A DNA stretch of 63,428 nucleotides, the filler included, from Saprolegnia diclina VS20 (Eukaryota): assembly GCF_000281045.1 (NCBI RefSeq). It is 3 parts of 2 records of this genome, joined end to end, with 100 filler letters (N's around TTAATTAATTAA, not from the genome) between each part and the next. Parts side by side here need not be neighbours in the genome. Positions count along the whole stretch, not along the records: positions 44,268 to 63,428 come from NW_008246194.1; 2 more parts are not named here. One strand, written 5' to 3'. Positions within the stretch are counted from its first letter, which is position 1; every line of letters starts with the position of its first letter. The position numbers and the translations under genes were made by a program. Under the pieces are notes generated by a model. The model was not told the DNA's origin, did no database searches, and saw only the letters and a program-made list of their open reading frames with translations. This document shows positions 56,879 through 63,428 of this stretch, in pieces.

Positions 56879-59800
56879 ATGGCCGACGACGCCGACGACG
56901 ACGCCAAGGCTGAGACGGACCTGCTCAAGATGGAGTTCGTGGCCATCGACGGCCGCTACCGTGCGCTGCCTCGCGGGACCTCGACCGAGAAAGGTGCGAC
57001 GCTCGGCGACTACCACTCGCCGCTGCCCGACGGCTGGCAGCACAAGGAGAGCTCGTCGCACCCGGGCAAGTTCTACTACATCCAGCCGTCCGGCGGCGCG
57101 GTGTGGGTCCCGCCGCTCGTGCGCACGGGCCACCTCTACGCGTGGAAGCTGCTCATCTACATCGAGTTTGGCCCCGGCAAGCTCGGCATGAACCTCCGTT
57201 CGATCGTGCAGGGTCCCGACATCCCATGGCAGCAGTTCCAGGTCGAGATCCACGCGCTCGTCAAGCTTGCGAGCGGCCTCCCAAGCCCTGCCGAGATGTA
57301 CAACTGGAGCGTCAAGCCCGATCGGTGCTCGCGTCCACACGCTACGTATGCCATCTCATCGTTCGCGTAGGCGCATCTACCCTGGCTTCCGCATGGTCGA
57401 GATCCAAGGCACGTCCATTGCCGGCTACTCGTACAACGAAGTTATCGAGAAGATCAGCCAGACGCCGCGGCCCGTCACGATCGGCTTTTGCGACATTAGC
57501 CGCGGCCTCGTACGCGCTCCTCCGCTTCTTCGCTTGGCTCACATAGCTTGTATGCTCAGAAAGGAGACCCGGCCGACGACGAAGAAGACGAGACGGAGCT
57601 CGACCCGGAAGAAGAGAACAAGCTGCGGCTGCGTGCGATCGAGTCGGAGCACATGAAGACGCTCGTGGTCACACAGTTGCACAAGGAGGTGTGGTCCATG
57701 GACACCAACCGCCTCCTCTTCGACGAAGCCACTTCCATCGCCAAGGGCCGCGTCCTCGAGAGAGAGATGAAGGTCCTCCAGATGGTCTCAGCCAACTATG
57801 CAAGCGAGATCGACCGCCTCGTGCCCGAGAAGGAGATGCTCCAAACCCACCTCGACCAGCTCGAGCTCGAGCGCCGCCATACGATCCTGCCGGCGGAAAT
57901 CACCAAGTGCCAGAGCCTCACGGCGCGCCAACAACGTACGCTGCGCCGCGCCTCTCATCTCATTCCTCGCGTGTAGAGCTACTGGACACGATCGCGCAGC
58001 TCGGCGTCGAGAACAAGCAGCTCCAAGACACGTTCGCCGAGCGCACGGCGCTGCTCGATCGCATGTACGTAGAGCTCGAGGACGACGTCGCGACGCCCGA
58101 GCGCATGTCGAGCAGCCAGCTTCTGGACGAGTACAACATCACGGGCCCGCCTTTGCAGAAGGTCGACTACTGCAACATGCTCTACTTCCAGCTCCAAGAA
58201 GCGCTCCAAGTCGAGCAGGACAAGGCCAAGCTCGCCCAAGAGGAGGTCAACCAGCTCTCGCGGCACCTCGACGCCATGAACAGTCGCGAGAGCGCTGTTG
58301 CCCTCGCAGCCGCGTCCTCGGACGCGATCCTCGGCACGTCCAGCAACGAGAGCTCGATCCGCGACCTTGAGATGAAGCTCGAGTGGCTCCGGCACCAAAT
58401 GGTATACGTCATCATTGCGATGACGCGCGATCTGAGTCGTGTCGTAGCACAAGACGGTGGCGGCGCTCGCCAAGGCCGAGAAGCGCGGCAACGAGAAGAT
58501 GGCGAAAGCTGGCTTGCGCCGGCGCAATCTGCTCAAGTCCGAGATCCAAGTCGTCCACGACGAACTCGCCTCGAAGCGGTCGGCCCGCGGCACGCAGCTC
58601 TCTTGCTCGACCGAGGTCGACCTCCTCGAGCGCAAGACGTCGTATTTGCGCACTGCTTTGGTGCGTACCGTCCCTCTGACGCATTCGGTGACGATTGATG
58701 TAGCGAGAGACGGTCGACGCGATCGCCAAGACGACGGTCAACGACGACCGCGCCATGTACCTCGCCCGCAAAGCTTTCTTGAAGAAGGAGCTGCAGACAA
58801 CGGGCGAGCGCATGCAGGAGGTCGTCCACATGGAAGCGCTCGGCGGACGTCGCAGCAGCAATATCCTTGGGTCGCCACTCAAAGCTCTCGCCAGGAAAAG
58901 CCTTACGTTCGATGACGACGACGACGAGTACGACGCCAACGACTTTCGCACGTCGGCGTTCGTCGATTCGCCCGACCTCCCCGGCACGCCCGTCGAGTTT
59001 GCCGAGAGCTTGTCGCCAGTGTCCGAGTCGCCGCCGATGCCCGCGCAGGTGCCTCGTGTCGTGCCTCCGCCTCTCGCTCTTGACCCTTCGCCACCGACAC
59101 CACCGACACTCAAGATGCCACCGACGCCGCCGACGCCCAAGATGCCACCGACACCGCCCGCACCGTTTTTGCCATTGCCAACGTACACGGCGCCAGCGGC
59201 CGCGGTCGCGACCCCGCCGATGGTGCAAGCACCTGCGTCGCCCGACCACCGCTTTGCAGCGCAACTTACGGAAGCGCTTTCGGTGGTCCGAGACTCGCAG
59301 CGGCTCTCGCTAAACTCGCTGCACGACGAGCAACCGACGACTACGACCACGACGGCGGACGTCGACCGGATCACCGAGTCCATCCGGTCGCTCCACGACA
59401 ACGACGTCGACACGGACAACGAGAGCGAGAACGACGACGACGTGTCAGCGGCGAGGAGACTCGAGCAGCTCAAGAAGGAGCTCCGCATCGTGTCAGCGCA
59501 GCTCGCAAGTACGCCGAGGTCCCAGTCCCACGTCATCTCCAAGCTGCACCGCGATCGGACGCGCCTCAAGGCCGCGGTCGCCCAAGCCCAAGACCAAGTG
59601 CTTGTGGATAACCTCCAGCAACAACTGGTGCACTTGCGTACTGTGAGCAATGCTAACTATGGGTGCTAGCGTGCTGCAATGGCGCAGGCCACACAGGCCG
59701 CGTCCCAAGGCGACCGTGCCCGCGAGATCCACTACAAGCGCAAGGCCGCTGAGCTTCAGACAGAGCTCACCGCCGCGACGGACCGACTCGTCCACGCTGC

Positions 59801-62212
59801 CAAGCCGACGCCGTCGCTCGACGACCTCAAGAACGACTTGGTACACACCGCTCTTTGATGAGCATGGTCGGAAATGGCTTCGTAGCGGGCCGTCGTCAAG
59901 CGCATTGCAGAGACACCGCCGAATGGCCGTGCGATGGACGAGCTCCTCGCTCAAAAGCACGAACTCAAGAAGGCAATCGTGGCCAAGCAGCAAGAGATTC
60001 TGAAGGAACGGGCCAAGCGTGACGAAGGGCTCTCGCTCGATGAGCTCAAGACGCAGCTCAAGCAAGTGGTCGTGGCGATGACCAAGGACCCGGACAACAT
60101 TATGCTCCAGCAGCGCCGCAAGCACATCAAGCAGCGCATCGCCAAGCTTCAAGATCGACAGCACAGCAGCAGTGCCAGCAGCAATGGCCTCCGGTCCGAA
60201 AGTAGCAGCAACGACTCGGCGCCGCACGACTACCTACAGCAGCGAGCGCACATGAACTCGACGGAACTTCTCGTGGGTGACATGGACCGCGCACGCTTCA
60301 ACGCGACGGAGCTGCTCGTTCGCCCTGACGTCGACGCGCGCCGACTCAACCACACGGAGCTGCACGTCGATGCCCGGCGGCGGTTTGGGGGCACGGAACT
60401 GCACTCGGGCAGCTCCTCGATGAGCTCCGAGAGCAAGCGCCGGTCCAACTCGGTCGAAGGACGCGGCGTCTCGAGCCACAGCAGCATCAGCATCAGCAGC
60501 AGTAACAGCAGCAACGACATGCGCTTGCACGACCCAGCCGACTACGCGTCCTTGTCCCTCGACCAGCTCGAGCATGAACTCGTTCGCGACCTCTAGCTAG
60601 CTCATTCACAACTCATGTTGACGTTACGTAGCTGGTCGTGAAGGAAGCCACGCGGGCACCAGATCTGGATGGGTTGACAAAGGACCGGTACCGACGACAA
60701 CTCTCGGAGCTCAACGCGCGCATTGCCCGCGCTGAAGCCGACGCCAAGCGCGGCAGCTCTGTCTTGCGCTCGGAGCTCGCGGAGCTCAAGCAGCAGCTCA
60801 AGGCTGTCGGTGTGCGGCTCGAAGAGACAACGCACGAAAAGACGTTCCGTGCGCTACTTCAGAAGCGCGCCGACCTCAAGGGAAAGATCGCGCGCCTCGA
60901 GCAGCAGCTGGTGCCCGAAATGCCGCCGGCGCCCGCGCCGCTGCACCCGAATGCATCGCCGGCCGAGATTACCATGTACATCTCTGGGCGCAAACATGAG
61001 CTGGTACGACTCTACACTAAGAGCGATCCCTCTCATGTGATAGTAGCGCGACGTGGTGCAAAAGCTCATGAAGACGACCCAAGATAAGGACAGCGTGAGC
61101 AGCAGCCACTACATGGCCCGGCGAAAAGAGCTCAAGCAGGCAATCCTTACAGCGCAGGAGGCCCTGCAGCGGACATCCGCAGTCACGACAGTATCTACCG
61201 ACGCGCCGACGTCACGCGCGCCAAGCGAAGCGACGCCCGAGACGATGGACGCGCCAGCTGTCGAGAAGCACATTGCGGGGCTCAAGCAGGAGCTGGTACT
61301 CACGCCGTTTGCAAACTCATCTCATGTCAACTGTAGCGCGAGATTGTATCGGCGGTCGCCCAGCCCACAGCGTCGACGGCTCAGAAGCCCGAGCTCCTGC
61401 GCCGCCGCAGCGTCGTCAAGGAGCACCTCGCTGCCGCGCAAGACCACTTGGCGCAGATCACGTCGCCCGACGTTGAGAAGGCCAAGCACGAGATCGCCGT
61501 CGTGCAGCAGTACATTGCGTCCCTCCAAGACGACCTCGCTGCCGTCCTCGCCAAGATCAACTCGAAAGCGCCAGCTGATTTGGCCAAGTCGTCGCTCTAC
61601 ATGATGCGGCGCAACGACCTCAAGAACAACCTGAGCTTTGCCCAGGACCAGCTCGTGGAGCTGACACAAAACCTCAAAGCAGCGCTGGCAAAGGCGCGGC
61701 CGATCCGGTCATCCACGGCCTCGTCCGACAAGCGCGACTCGTCCAAGGCCGAGATCTTCGACGAGCCGATTCCGCTCTCGAGCGAGGACCACGTGCGCAT
61801 GACGCAGACGTACAACGCGCCAATCCCGATGCAGACGGGATACCTCGAGCTCGAGCCGCTCTCGCTCAAGCTCTTCCGCAAGGGCAAGGTCGTCTGGTGC
61901 AGCATCGAGGCCAGCGGCTGTCTCTGCTGGTACAAGAGCCAGCGCGACCTCAAGCACGTGCGGGGCTTCGTCGACTTGGCCAAAACCTCGGCGCGCAACG
62001 TCTTTGTCAACTACGCACGCGGCAACACGTTCGACGTGCACGTTGTGAGCCCCGGCTTGCTCGCCAACACGGAAGAAGTCTCGCGCTTCATTGCGCCGTC
62101 CACCGCCGAAGCTCAAAAGTGGGTGCGCGCCATCAACGACACGATCAAGGTCCTCGAGACCGCAACGCCGATGAGCGCCGACGGCTATGGCCGCAACTCG
62201 GTCGTCTTCTAA
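56879..62212 (+). CDS. WW + PDZ-like + coiled-coil + C-terminal PH scaffold protein, multi-exon
   Basis: WW LPDGWQHKESSSHPGKFYY....GAVWVPP. PDZ-like FGPGKLGMNL..PGFRMVEIQG.....YNEVIEKI...PRPVTIGF. Pro-rich repeat. PH MQTGYL...CWYK...EAQKWVRAI. Could be more than one gene. Confidence 0.7.
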
Positions 62213-62552
62213 AATACTATGAACCTAGTCACTGCTAGACGCCTTGCCAAAGGGTCTCGTCGTCAGCTCGGCGGGCGATGAAGAGACCTCTTCGAAAATC
62301 TTGAAGATGGCATATGCCATGCAAAAGCTCCTCATGATGCCGCAATTCGGCATCACTTTGGATACGAGTTTCGAGCGCTGTAGGCCGCGCACGACGGTGC
62401 AGCTTGGTGTTCTGTGCTATACAAAGCAAACTTGATCACGGTACGACGTAGGAGCCATTTTGTATTTTGACCGACGTTGGCCATCAAATTGCAAACGCAC
62501 CGCGACAACTTGCGTGCTATTAGCCACAATATCCGGATATCCGGTGAAGCAT

Positions 62553-62970
62553 CGCCAGGCCGCGCGGTTGACCACTTTGCGTTTGAAAGCGAAATAGCTA
62601 AGACTTGGCACATGGATAGATGATGCTGTGGAGGGCACGGAAAGCGAGGTCGCATCGACGTACGAGGCGTACAGTGGTCGCGAAACGCGATCCAAGATGC
62701 GCGCCAAACTGAGATCGTTGTGCCATCTGAGAGGCACAACGCTCTCCAGACTAAGATCGTAGTGCCATCTTAGCGGCATCACGCCAGGATGTCGACGCGG
62801 CTTGCCGACAACATCACGTTTGAAATGGGATCGCCCAAAGTTGGCACAGTGATAGAAGACGCTTCGGAGAGTAAAGCAGACTGCGATTCGCCATCGCTGC
62901 AAGCCAACAACGCGTGCAATGCTCGACCACAAATACAAAGCGCTCATGAAACGTTAAACATGCAAATGGC
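62553..62970 (+). repeat. Dispersed repeat, copy B (with internal 42-bp duplication)
   Basis: Homologous to 26465-26825. The hairpin motif is present twice, at 62709-62731 and 62751-62773. Confidence 0.85.
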
Positions 62971-63428
62971 TGCATTGGCACGCCGTAGGCGTCATCTTCT
63001 ACACTTTTAGCAACGGTCTCCCCTTCCAGCGGAACAAGATTGCGATTCCTAGCAACATTTGTTGAGTTACGACGTCCAGCACAGTATGTGCTGCGTTTGG
63101 AAAGGCGTGTAGCTCGCAATGCTCGGGCTTTCGCACTGGCAGTGATCTAGTATCACAACAAGAGTGATGGGATTCATGGGTCCTCGTATGTCAGAGGTCG
63201 CAAAAAACAATCGATTCCTATGACGTGGCACTCGGAGAATGTCCCATCTTGGAGCAAATGCTAAGTCGTGCAAAAACAAGTGTAAAAGCGAGCACGACAA
63301 AGGCGAAACGCAGTGCTTTTACAAGAGAAGGATATCAGCCTTGAGCGCTGCTCATTCCGCAATTTGCGCTGCAGGGCCTCGACCAAACGGCACCGCGTCG
63401 CACGGCAGGGCGGTCGCAAGCGGGCGTC

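Overview
Eukaryotic, GC-rich, gene-dense DNA with many short (~40-60 nt) GT-AG introns and INR/FPR-type core promoters, most consistent with an oomycete (Saprolegniales-like). Two 100-nt N gaps (20401-20500, 44168-44267) each carry an artificial TTAATTAATTAA spacer, so the window is three joined contigs. Contig 1 begins with an accessory-looking block: repeat-rich DNA, a bacterial-type GNAT acetyltransferase, an ankyrin-repeat protein, a 993-bp hAT-type transposon with an 8-bp target-site duplication, and three intronless tandem RarD (EamA/DMT) transporter genes. A fourth, pseudogenised RarD fragment is cut off by a ~160-bp inverted/tandem fold-back repeat. These are followed by a coiled-coil gene, the DDX11/Chl1 helicase and a PH-like partial gene. 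Contig 2 holds a helicase-associated-domain fragment, a PX-GOLD-coiled-coil gene, a CAMK kinase, an intronless CtvD/AurD-like membrane protein, a large PriCT-2-like/EF-hand/FN3 protein, TRAPPC4 and an IP3/ryanodine-receptor-family Ca2+ channel with an atypical pore motif. Contig 3 holds a minimal RBR E3 ligase with a hydrophobic N-terminus, DHTKD1, a PH-domain myosin and a WW-PDZ-coiled-coil-PH scaffold. All calls come from motif recognition by eye; no database searches were run. Exon boundaries in multi-exon genes are approximate.
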